Part shown: in pieces, positions 56,441-64,000 of the stretch
Numbering within the stretch: position 1 is the first letter of the stretch
Layout of the letters: every line of letters starts with the position of its first letter
Assembly (NCBI GenBank): GCA_019456165.1
Contig: VRUJ01000012.1
Coordinates: 115-64,114 of the forward strand
DNA from: Chloroflexota bacterium
Lineage (GTDB): Bacteria; Chloroflexota; Anaerolineae; Anaerolineales; UBA11579
Length of the DNA stretch: 64,000 nt
Direction of reading: 5' to 3'
The notes under the pieces: generated by a model
The model's input: the letters and a program-made list of their open reading frames with translations, nothing else
What the model was told of the DNA's origin: nothing
The model's database searches: none
Position numbers and translations under genes: made by a program

Positions 56441-57562
56441 ATGATGATGAATCGGAGCCGGAATTTATTTCTATTTGTTTGCATAATCTTATTGACAACT
56501 TTGGCTTGCGGTCCAAGCGCAGCCACTCCAACCACTGAGCCTGAGGAGGAAATCCCTCCAACGCCCACCAACACAATAGTTCCGCAGGGTGAACCTCCAA
56601 CGCTTACTTCTCCTCCAGGGGAAGAACCCAGCCAGCCACCTCCCCCGGACTCTACTGCCACTACGGAAACGATTCTCCCTACGGCTACAACCGCCTCACT
56701 TCCCACAGCGACCTCTGTGCCTACAGATACGCCCTGTGAGCCAGATTCGGAATTCATGGCGGATATAACCATCGAAGATGGCACGCTGATGTCACCGGGC
56801 AGCACCCAGACAAAGACGTGGCGCCTGCGTAATGACGGCACCTGCACCTGGAACAGCAATTACACCTGGGAGCAGATCAACGCCTCGGGCAACGCGTTAA
56901 CCGGGCCTACAATATCTATCCCGGGAAATGTGCCTCCAGGAGGGACTATTGAGATCAGCGTTCCGGTAACCTTATCAGGTTCTGCCAATCTTGGAGATAG
57001 ATTTCTCGCTAGATACCAGATGCGCTCTCCTTCCGGAGAATTATTCGGTACCCGCCCTTGGGCTTTGGTTTTTGCCTCTAATGGAACCGGTGTATGCACT
57101 CCGCCTCTCAACGGCCAGAATCACTATATCAACCAGTCCCATGGTTATTGCTTCGTCTACGATGACCAGTACACGCTGAACATAGATGGTAATCACGTTT
57201 GGGTCAATTATATTCCCACAGGTCAGGGGCAACCTCTAGGATCCATTGTTGGAATAGATTTAATAGCCAACACAATCGGCAAAACTCTGCAGCAGTGGTC
57301 AGGCGAAATGATCGCTGCATGGCAGGACCCCAACAACCCGGCCACCACCACGAATATCACTGTTGGCGGTGTAGCGGCTATCCAAACAGATGACATCCCC
57401 GGGATGACGGCGCACAGAAATGTCTTTTTGATTCGCAGCAATTCTGGGTTTCATATCATTGTCATGCCTGTGGATCCAGGATTACCAGACCAATCTGCGA
57501 CAGAAATCGCCTTGGAGATCTGGGAATTGTTCCAGGATTCGTTTGCCTGGTTCGTTCCATAA
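56441..57562 (+). CDS. secreted lipoprotein with an NBR1-like Ig-fold domain
   Basis: It has an LACGPS lipobox, a Pro/Thr-rich linker, and then DITIEDGTLMSPGSTQTKTWRLRNDGTCTW (N_BRCA1_IG-like). Confidence 0.6.
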   Translation: MMMNRSRNLFLFVCIILLTTLACGPSAATPTTEPEEEIPPTPTNTIVPQGEPPTLTSPPGEEPSQPPPPDSTATTETILPTATTASLPTATSVPTDTPCEPDSEFMADITIEDGTLMSPGSTQTKTWRLRNDGTCTWNSNYTWEQINASGNALTGPTISIPGNVPPGGTIEISVPVTLSGSANLGDRFLARYQMRSPSGELFGTRPWALVFASNGTGVCTPPLNGQNHYINQSHGYCFVYDDQYTLNIDGNHVWVNYIPTGQGQPLGSIVGIDLIANTIGKTLQQWSGEMIAAWQDPNNPATTTNITVGGVAAIQTDDIPGMTAHRNVFLIRSNSGFHIIVMPVDPGLPDQSATEIALEIWELFQDSFAWFVP

Positions 57563-57710
57563 TTAATAAATGGATTTACTGTCAACTTAAATCGCTTGTC
57601 GTAATCTCATCTCCCTACTTAACGTTGCGCGTCCAATAGTTGATTTTATTATCTGCGTCCATCCGCGTTCATCTGCGGCGAATATAACAATATCTCAGGG
57701 AATTAATAAA

Positions 57711-58145
57711 TTAATCCAGGACAGGCCTAACGCCGCGGTATACACGTCCCCCAGATAGTGTCCGCAATATGGGAATTGGTTTTCTTTCTAGTTTCTCAGC
57801 AATTTCCCCCACGCTCATGGGTGTGTTCCCATTCTTCATGAATAAACGGAAGATGGCTTCGGTCAGGGCTGTGCGTGAATCCAAGAAATCTTCCTCTTGA
57901 GCGCAGTGTGAAAGTAAAACGTGCTGCAAGCCGTCCACTTTTTGAACTTCTGCGGTTACCGGGTCCACCCAATCAACTTTCTCAGCCTGGTCAATAGCTA
58001 CGAAAGCTTCTTGGTGCTCAAGGCATAACAAACTCCGTAAATGTACCCGCCAATCCCTGTCATTCTGCTTCCACCAGGAGAAGTCAATATGGAAAGGGGT
58101 CTGTAATGTAGGTTTTACTAGACTGGAATGTTTGACCTCTGCCAC
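57711..58145 (-). CDS. hypothetical protein (possible C-terminal winged-helix)
   Basis: The 144-aa ORF starts 10 nt after the upstream gene's stop, so the two are probably co-transcribed. Confidence 0.45.
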   Translation of the reverse strand: MAEVKHSSLVKPTLQTPFHIDFSWWKQNDRDWRVHLRSLLCLEHQEAFVAIDQAEKVDWVDPVTAEVQKVDGLQHVLLSHCAQEEDFLDSRTALTEAIFRLFMKNGNTPMSVGEIAEKLERKPIPILRTLSGGRVYRGVRPVLD

Positions 58146-58155
58146 CTGGGTGCTC

Positions 58156-59748
58156 CTATTCTTTTCCGTTTTCTGATTCTTCTATGCGAAAGTGTAAATC
58201 ACCTACGTGTACAAACCAAGGGCGGGAAGCCAGTAGAGCCATGATTGGTTCTGGTGGGCAGCGCAAAGTGGCATTCAAAGCTGAATACAATTCACTGGCA
58301 TGCACATGACTTTGGGGGTTAAGTTTCGCCAACTCACGCATTTTCTGTACAACAACCTCTTCAAGGGGATGAGGGTTGCCCTGCCTTTGCTCCCAGGCTG
58401 TATCCAGGGCATTAATTTCCTTGGGCATGGCGATCATCATTCGTTCATCAAAAGTGGTGGATACAGGTTGCTTGAGAGTAGCATAGACTATGCCGCCATC
58501 TGCACCTACCAGAGCAGTTCGCACCCACTCCTTGGCAGAACGGTGTGATTCTACATCCACGATGACTTCTCCGGGTTGGGTTCCACGCTGCAGGCGTATA
58601 TAACTTCCGGGCATAAGCCCTTTTTGTTTGTACCAATCTCCCAATCCATAAACATAACGCTCAAGACGCACAACCCAACCTGGGAATTTTTCACCTGTCT
58701 TCCCATCGATAAGTATAAAACGAATCCTGGGCGCTTCGTAGGCTGTGGGAAATAGCTTACTCATACGTGAAGATAAAGGTAGTGTACCAGTTCGCCAGTG
58801 AGGGTATATCAGACGAATTTCAACCTCATTCACATCTGCTGTGTACTCGCCAAGAGGCGAATGCTCATCGTCCAACCGGCTTGATAATTCTAGCATTTGA
58901 TCGGTTAGAACATTCTCGTCGTAATCAAACGGCTCATAGCGCAGATAGAGAGGTGTCTTCTGAACTCCACCTGGTTCTTCACGCTTCAAAAACCAAGCAA
59001 CTTCGCCCGCAGGACCAACTTCGTCGAAACGCTGGTCTTCTTGTAATGCCATATCCAATGAAAATTCAGCTAAATGCGAGTTTACACCTTCTGGCAAACC
59101 AACGTGGGTGATTAATTCGGCGGTCCTCATTGGTCCGCCCCCTTCCATATCAAGCGCAGCTTCAGCGAGATTGAGATTTCCTAAGTTAACGTCTACAATT
59201 AAAGTTTTTGGGAACCAATTCCCGGCTATATAAACAAAATCTGGGTTTTTAGATAAGTTACTAATCAGACGTTCGGCCAAAATATTCCCGTAAGTTTCCA
59301 GAACCTTTTCTGGTATCAACAAAGGATCATCAATGTCTTCTTCAACAGGATTGTTCAAAATATGCTGTTCCAACCCAGTCGCGAATTCCCGGATTTCACC
59401 ATTTTGAAACTCAACTTCAATGACTTCAAACTCCTCTGGGGTGATACTCATCCCTGGGCGAACACCCAATACTTTGGCAGTTTGCCATTCCATGGCTGGA
59501 AAAATCAAACTTTCGCCCGCTTCGTATGTTTCCTCAGGTATATAAACTCGGCTGCCAGTAATTTTTTGTTCTTCGGCAGTTTGCCGTTCGTGTTGGATGC
59601 GCTCGGCTATTAAAACTGCGATCAGGTTGTGAGGGGATAATGGTGTTTCTAATTCTAAAAGATGGTTATTAATAAACTCAATATCCGTTTCCTTGAGTGC
59701 GAAATTATCCCAATATTCTTCGTTCAATGTAAAATCAGTTAACATCAT
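58156..59748 (-). CDS. hypothetical protein, 530 aa
   Basis: It is a long uninterrupted ORF with normal composition. I recognise no family. Confidence 0.5.
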   Translation of the reverse strand: MMLTDFTLNEEYWDNFALKETDIEFINNHLLELETPLSPHNLIAVLIAERIQHERQTAEEQKITGSRVYIPEETYEAGESLIFPAMEWQTAKVLGVRPGMSITPEEFEVIEVEFQNGEIREFATGLEQHILNNPVEEDIDDPLLIPEKVLETYGNILAERLISNLSKNPDFVYIAGNWFPKTLIVDVNLGNLNLAEAALDMEGGGPMRTAELITHVGLPEGVNSHLAEFSLDMALQEDQRFDEVGPAGEVAWFLKREEPGGVQKTPLYLRYEPFDYDENVLTDQMLELSSRLDDEHSPLGEYTADVNEVEIRLIYPHWRTGTLPLSSRMSKLFPTAYEAPRIRFILIDGKTGEKFPGWVVRLERYVYGLGDWYKQKGLMPGSYIRLQRGTQPGEVIVDVESHRSAKEWVRTALVGADGGIVYATLKQPVSTTFDERMMIAMPKEINALDTAWEQRQGNPHPLEEVVVQKMRELAKLNPQSHVHASELYSALNATLRCPPEPIMALLASRPWFVHVGDLHFRIEESENGKE

Positions 59749-59848
59749 TAAAACATTTAAATTGGTTTGCGAGATTCGGTTGGGGCATATTATACTCTAC
59801 CCCACTGAGCAATCAAGTCCCTTAACTTAAAATTTAGGAGTGATAAAA

Positions 59849-60106
59849 ATGGTTGATCCAAAATGGGAAGTTGTTGATGAAGTAGAAGGTGAACTACAAG
59901 CTTCCATAATTCAAGGGCTGCTTGAGGCCCAAGGTATTGAATCTACTCTGCTTTCCCAAGAAAGCTTGGGGAAGACACTCGGATTATCGATAGCAAGATT
60001 AGGCAAAGTTCAGATACTTGTTCCTAGTGATGTGATAAATGATGCAAAAGAAATTCTCGAAGCGTATTATCAGGGAGATTTTGATATTGGGGAGGAAGAA
60101 ATTTAA
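59849..60106 (+). CDS. DUF2007-like small protein (putative signal-transducing fold)
   Basis: The pattern GELQASIIQGLLEAQGIES.L........G......V.ILVP..D...AKEIL is present. The ATG lies 8 nt after AGGAG. Confidence 0.5.
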   Translation: MVDPKWEVVDEVEGELQASIIQGLLEAQGIESTLLSQESLGKTLGLSIARLGKVQILVPSDVINDAKEILEAYYQGDFDIGEEEI

Positions 60107-61488
60107 GGGAATACATTTGAAAGCCAATCAAGGGGATCAACTTGAATTCCCCCCACCCAGATCTCCCAATGTAAGTGGGCGCCAGATGAACGGCCAGTAT
60201 TTCCAACTATACCAATTACCTGGCCAGGCTGGACGATATCCCCTACCTCAACAAGAACCTCCGATTGATGAAAATAACCAGTGTAAATCCCCCAGCCGTG
60301 GTTGATTATCGTAATATTACCCCGGATTTCAAGAGCACCTGCGAAAATTACTTCACCGACGGCTGGAGCAAGAATCTCTACTCCCAGGCCTCCCCCAAAA
60401 TCCAGACCAGAGTGGTAATAATCAAAGTCACTGCCGTTGTAGGAACGCCGAGTTCCAAAAAATGAATTGAATGTATCTCCATATTGTGTCGGGGCTAAAA
60501 AGTATCCTTGCCATAATTTATCTTCGGTGACGTTAGAGACTAATGCAATGATCTGCGCATCTTCTGAGGCACTCACTTCGGGATCTAGCAATGCAGGATC
60601 AACGGTTATGGTTTCAAAAGAATATCCTCCATCTGCAACGCGGATGGTTTGCTCAAACTCAAAACTTTCACCATTCTCTAGGGCGCCCGAAATCCTTAAT
60701 TGATAATATCCAATTTCGGCTAAGGCATGAATGCCTTGCATTGCAACTAAAGAACCCGCGCCATCATCAAAGAAGTTTAATTCACTGCCCATAAGTTCTC
60801 CACTCAGAGATAGGAGAGCTTCCGAATTTATTATTAAACTGCTGGTCTTTCCTTGAACAAAGCCAAGAAACCCAACCTCAAGTTGAGTTATCGGAGAAGG
60901 TAACGCGCCTGGCCCAGGGTCATCTGTTCCAGGAATGATGAGCACGTCTCCTGGAACTATGCTCCAAGCATTCTCCACAAGATTAGCGCCCACTATCGAC
61001 CAAGGGTTACTTCCAGATTGAACTGCCATTTCGAGGAGAGATGCATGTGGGGCTAAGGTAGCGCGTGCTGTATTTAACTCCTCTCCTCGTTCGGTTGGCA
61101 GAATTAGTGGATAATTTACGAATAACTGTTCTGGGGTTGAGACTCGATTTAAACGAGCAAAGTCTTGTGAGGAGATGTTGTATTTCCGGCTGAGGCTCCT
61201 CAAATTCTCCCCGAATGGCATAGGGTTGGAAATTAATAACCCGCTGATCCAATCAACACCTGGTAGGACAAGTTCCATCCCAGGGAATATCTGGTTAGGG
61301 TCAGATAGATCGTTCTCCTCTGCCAACTCTTCTACGGACACCCCAAACCTTGCGGAGATTCCAAAAAGCGAATCGCCCTCTTGAACTATATATCGCGGAT
61401 CCTCTTGCGGTTCTTGTGCTTCTGCGTTCCCAGAAATCATCATGGAGATCCACAGGAGCAAAATAAATATATTAAGATACTTCATCAA
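60103..61488 (-). CDS. M23 family metallopeptidase with LysM domains
   Basis: It has a signal peptide and LysM domains (YIVQEGDSLFGISARFGVSVEELAEEN). The M23 motifs HSGLDF and GNTGRSSGAHLHWEI are present. Confidence 0.85.
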   Translation of the reverse strand: MMKYLNIFILLLWISMMISGNAEAQEPQEDPRYIVQEGDSLFGISARFGVSVEELAEENDLSDPNQIFPGMELVLPGVDWISGLLISNPMPFGENLRSLSRKYNISSQDFARLNRVSTPEQLFVNYPLILPTERGEELNTARATLAPHASLLEMAVQSGSNPWSIVGANLVENAWSIVPGDVLIIPGTDDPGPGALPSPITQLEVGFLGFVQGKTSSLIINSEALLSLSGELMGSELNFFDDGAGSLVAMQGIHALAEIGYYQLRISGALENGESFEFEQTIRVADGGYSFETITVDPALLDPEVSASEDAQIIALVSNVTEDKLWQGYFLAPTQYGDTFNSFFGTRRSYNGSDFDYYHSGLDFGGGLGVEILAPAVGEVIFAGALEIRGNITIINHGWGIYTGYFHQSEVLVEVGDIVQPGQVIGIVGNTGRSSGAHLHWEIWVGGIQVDPLDWLSNVFP

Positions 61489-61843
61489 AGCTTATTTTAT
61501 CTCCAATCTGAAATTCTCCCAACCTCTCGATTGCAAGCTCTAAAGTGTACATCGCTGGCTTCCTGGGGATAATCATCGAGATCCATCGCCGGGCATGGCG
61601 CAAATCGACAACTTCTCCAGCATTACTGATCCACACAATTGCCAAATCGAAATTCATCCCCAGCATGTGGATAGCGGATGCAATACGGCTTTCCTTTTCC
61701 TGAACCAAAAGTAGACCCCAGTGGTGAGGTATTGTGCGCCTAAAAGATAAACCTCGCAGGCGACAAAGAAAGGACTCACAATAACCCACCTGAAGGGGAG
61801 ATTTCAATTGACGGGTCTGGTTTGCCAGCTCAATGTCATGCAT
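61472..61843 (-). CDS. DUF192 domain-containing protein
   Basis: The pattern is GLSFRRTIP...GLLLV......IHMLGMNFDLAIVWI...GEVV. Confidence 0.6.
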   Translation of the reverse strand: MHDIELANQTRQLKSPLQVGYCESFLCRLRGLSFRRTIPHHWGLLLVQEKESRIASAIHMLGMNFDLAIVWISNAGEVVDLRHARRWISMIIPRKPAMYTLELAIERLGEFQIGDKISFDEVS

Positions 61844-61852
61844 TATGGCAAT

Positions 61853-61879
61853 CAAAAACGGGGCGGCTTTCGCCGCCCC
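61853..61879 (-). terminator. intrinsic terminator after the response regulator gene
   Basis: The reverse strand reads GGGGCGGC-GAAA-GCCGCCCC followed by GTTTTTG. Confidence 0.7.
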
Positions 61880-61885
61880 GTGATC

Positions 61886-62299
61886 TTATGATCGTTTGGG
61901 GCTATCTGCCTGATCCTTCTTAGACAAGACCTGCTCCACGCTGTCTAACAATTCTTGTGGGCTGAACGGTTTGGAGATATAGTCATCAACCTTGGCAATA
62001 TGCAACCCAAGCACTTTATCAATACTCTGAGCTTTTGCTGTAACAACGATGACAGGTATATCGCGTGTCTCCTCATCCGCCTTCATTTGCTGGTAGACTT
62101 CCCAGCCGTCCATATCTGGCATCATCAGGTCAAGTAATACGAGGTCGGGCTTTTTATTGCGAATAGTTTTCAATCCTTTTTTACCCCCATCTGCACCGAT
62201 TATTTCGTAGCCTTTGCGACTGAGAATCAACCGTATCAGATCAATCATTTCAGGTTCGTCTTCTACGCAAACCACTACAAGTTGATCCCTATCAGACAT
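61886..62299 (-). CDS. single-domain response regulator (receiver only)
   Basis: It shows VVCVEDE, LVLLDLMMPDMDG, VIVVTA and ISKP. Confidence 0.8.
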   Translation of the reverse strand: MSDRDQLVVVCVEDEPEMIDLIRLILSRKGYEIIGADGGKKGLKTIRNKKPDLVLLDLMMPDMDGWEVYQQMKADEETRDIPVIVVTAKAQSIDKVLGLHIAKVDDYISKPFSPQELLDSVEQVLSKKDQADSPKRS

Positions 62300-62538
62300 A
62301 CATCACTCCAAAATTCAAATAAATCACTATATTAATATAAAATAAGTTTACCATAAAAGCATACCAATCACCTTCGAATTAACGTTTTTTCTCACGTAAA
62401 CATTACTTTAGTACTACATTAAGTTTGCCTGTTTGAGGTTATTTTTGGAAATCTTGGATTAGTTTGGAAAAATTGCGGGATTTTGGATACTGCGCTATAA
62501 TCTGCGCGTAACCATAAATTCAGAAAGGGACTTACCCC

Positions 62539-63096
62539 ATGATCGCTGCAAACGAACTTCGCAAAGGTGTAACATTTCAATTGGATGAGGATATCTTCAA
62601 GGTTATCGACTACCATCATAACAAAACCGGGCGCGGATTAGCCAATATTCGGGTTAAAGCACGCAACCTCCGCTCGGGAGCCATTTTGGAAAAAACTTTT
62701 AGTTCTAGTGAACGGGTTCAAGACATCCGGCTGGACTACCACCAAGTTCAATTCCTTTACAAAGACGGTGATGCTTTCGTATTTATGGACAATGAAACTT
62801 ACGAACAACCGGCTGTTTCCGCTGCTTTGTTGGGAGATGCTGCACCATACCTAAAAGAAGGCTTGAACGTCAAGCTCACATTTTATGAGGGCGAGCCATT
62901 AGATATCGACCTACCTACTTCTGTGGAACTGCAAGTGACTGAAGCCGATACAGCTTTGCGCGGTGATACAGCCACCGGAGTAAATAAACGCATCATCACA
63001 GAAACAGGGCTTGAAGTTCAAGTTCCTGCTTTTGTAGCTGTGGGCGATGTAATAAAAGTGGATACCCGTTCCGGGGAATACATCACACGAGTATAA
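62539..63096 (+). CDS. efp: translation elongation factor P
   Basis: The 185-aa sequence is EF-P-like over its full length (ANELRKGV, VIDYHHNKTGRG, GDTATGVNK). Confidence 0.9.
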   Translation: MIAANELRKGVTFQLDEDIFKVIDYHHNKTGRGLANIRVKARNLRSGAILEKTFSSSERVQDIRLDYHQVQFLYKDGDAFVFMDNETYEQPAVSAALLGDAAPYLKEGLNVKLTFYEGEPLDIDLPTSVELQVTEADTALRGDTATGVNKRIITETGLEVQVPAFVAVGDVIKVDTRSGEYITRV

Positions 63097-63337
63097 ACCT
63101 CCTCATTCTCAAAGGTTTGGAATCAATCCATTTTCTCGGTCAGCCACTCGCTCTCTGGTTGTCTCGGTTTTTATTAATATGTCTAGAAGATTGATTGATG
63201 ATAATCCTGGTTAAAGGTTACCTGATCGAAATTAAGAAATATATTAGTTTTTCTCCTAGATAAAAATTTCATTAGAAATATTATTAATATACTCAAATTT
63301 AGTAGATGTGGGAAATAGGCGTGCTATAATTTCCGGC

Positions 63338-63691
63338 ATGAAGAACCCAGCCGGAAAAGAATGTAGTTATTTTTATGGTGATTATTTTCGCGGGCGCAAC
63401 AAAGAGGAATGCCGCCTGCTCGACCAGGCTGGTCTAACCTGGAATCCGGGACTTTGCAGTCAATGTCCTATCCCGGATATTCAGGTGGCAAATTCGTGTG
63501 AAAACATGCAATTTAAACCAACTCTTCAACGTCCTTTGTTCTTTCTAAAACCTCAGTTGCAAATTGACGTTTACTGCAAAAAATACCATCTAGATGTTAA
63601 GCAGCCGCGCATTGGCTGCGGAAATTGTCATGAACTTCCGGAAGCCTTCATCGTGATCCCCAATGACCCTGACACTCCTTCTAGATCTTGA
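63338..63691 (+). CDS. Cys-rich hypothetical protein (CxxC-type pairs)
   Basis: It contains CSQCP and CGNCH plus further Cys residues. The start is uncertain because the track ORF begins at GTG 63308. Confidence 0.4.
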   Translation: MKNPAGKECSYFYGDYFRGRNKEECRLLDQAGLTWNPGLCSQCPIPDIQVANSCENMQFKPTLQRPLFFLKPQLQIDVYCKKYHLDVKQPRIGCGNCHELPEAFIVIPNDPDTPSRS

Positions 63692-64000
63692 CGATACTCT
63701 GCTCGGCAACGATATGAGCACGTTCTTGCCGGGCTACTTAAAATCCATGGCAGAGCATATGGGCGCCTATTCAGCCGAAGAGCCGCTCGTTAAAGCATTG
63801 CTGACATCGACCAGTGAAATGCTAGGTAACGAAAGCCCTGAACTCACTTTAAAAGAAACCCTGGACGCTAAATTTTACCCCCAATTAGGCTGGGATTATG
63901 ACGCTATGCAGGCACCCCTCCAAGATTTCTATGCAAATGTATTCCCATCTCTAAAAAGTTTAGCTGAATTTCGTCCCCAGGCTGTCGAGCTTGTAAAACA
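63663..64000 (+). CDS. HAD-superfamily hydrolase, N-terminal part (runs off the right edge)
   Basis: My translation from ATG 63663 is MTLTLLLDLDDTLLGNDMSTFLPGYL.... LDLDDTL is HAD motif I. The frame stays open to the window end. Confidence 0.6.
   Translation, partial: MTLTLLLDLDDTLLGNDMSTFLPGYLKSMAEHMGAYSAEEPLVKALLTSTSEMLGNESPELTLKETLDAKFYPQLGWDYDAMQAPLQDFYANVFPSLKSLAEFRPQAVELVK

Noticed and set aside
56404-56859. A 151-aa minus-strand ORF and a 120-aa ORF (56238..56600) overlap the 5' end of the NBR1-like lipoprotein gene.
   Set aside because: Their Gly/Val/Ser-rich translations mirror the Pro/Thr linker on the other strand. The plus-strand gene has an RBS, a lipobox and a recognisable domain.

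Overview
The window is a 64-kb bacterial chromosomal segment of roughly 50% G+C by eye. The protein set is Chloroflexota/Anaerolineae-like (Thr/Pro-rich linker lipoproteins, LLM-class oxidoreductases, many TTG/GTG starts). That taxon call is inference only. I can support about 70 CDS, three tRNAs (Pro-GGG, Val-TAC, Arg-TCT), a tandem glycine riboswitch with its terminator upstream of gcvH-gcvPA-gcvPB, several intrinsic terminators and near-consensus promoters, and several gene remnants.

Most of the window is housekeeping:
- glycine cleavage genes, fmt, efp and rfbB
- lon, hsp20 and tpx
- an aquaporin, a ZIP transporter and an M1 peptidase
- acyl-CoA metabolism genes

Observations worth a second look, most interesting first:
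1. 39.6-42.2 kb holds a sharply AT-rich, tightly packed five-gene operon behind a consensus promoter. It encodes three tandem paralogous small HTH proteins, a fourth HTH protein and a 260-aa protein with a HEPN-like R..H motif. I cannot assign it to any named system.
2. 20019-23147 is a single 1042-codon ORF that fuses a serine hydroxymethyltransferase to the aminomethyltransferase GcvT. The riboswitch-controlled gcv operon nearby lacks gcvT.
3. A 77-nt copy of the tRNA-Pro promoter plus the 5' half of the tRNA lies 11.5 kb upstream of the intact gene. The interval carries an acyl-CoA-ligase / LLM-oxidoreductase / ABC-importer cluster. Its right end holds a tyrosine-integrase remnant next to a CCA-encoding tRNA-like fragment.
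4. A 212-bp direct repeat (the ZIP transporter promoter plus its 5' end) brackets a lipoprotein gene.
5. 19729-19940 is a candidate ~210-nt structured small RNA with its own consensus promoter.
6. A PHP-AlbA_2 fusion protein is encoded in the lon operon.

All homology calls come from motif recognition by eye. No searches were run.
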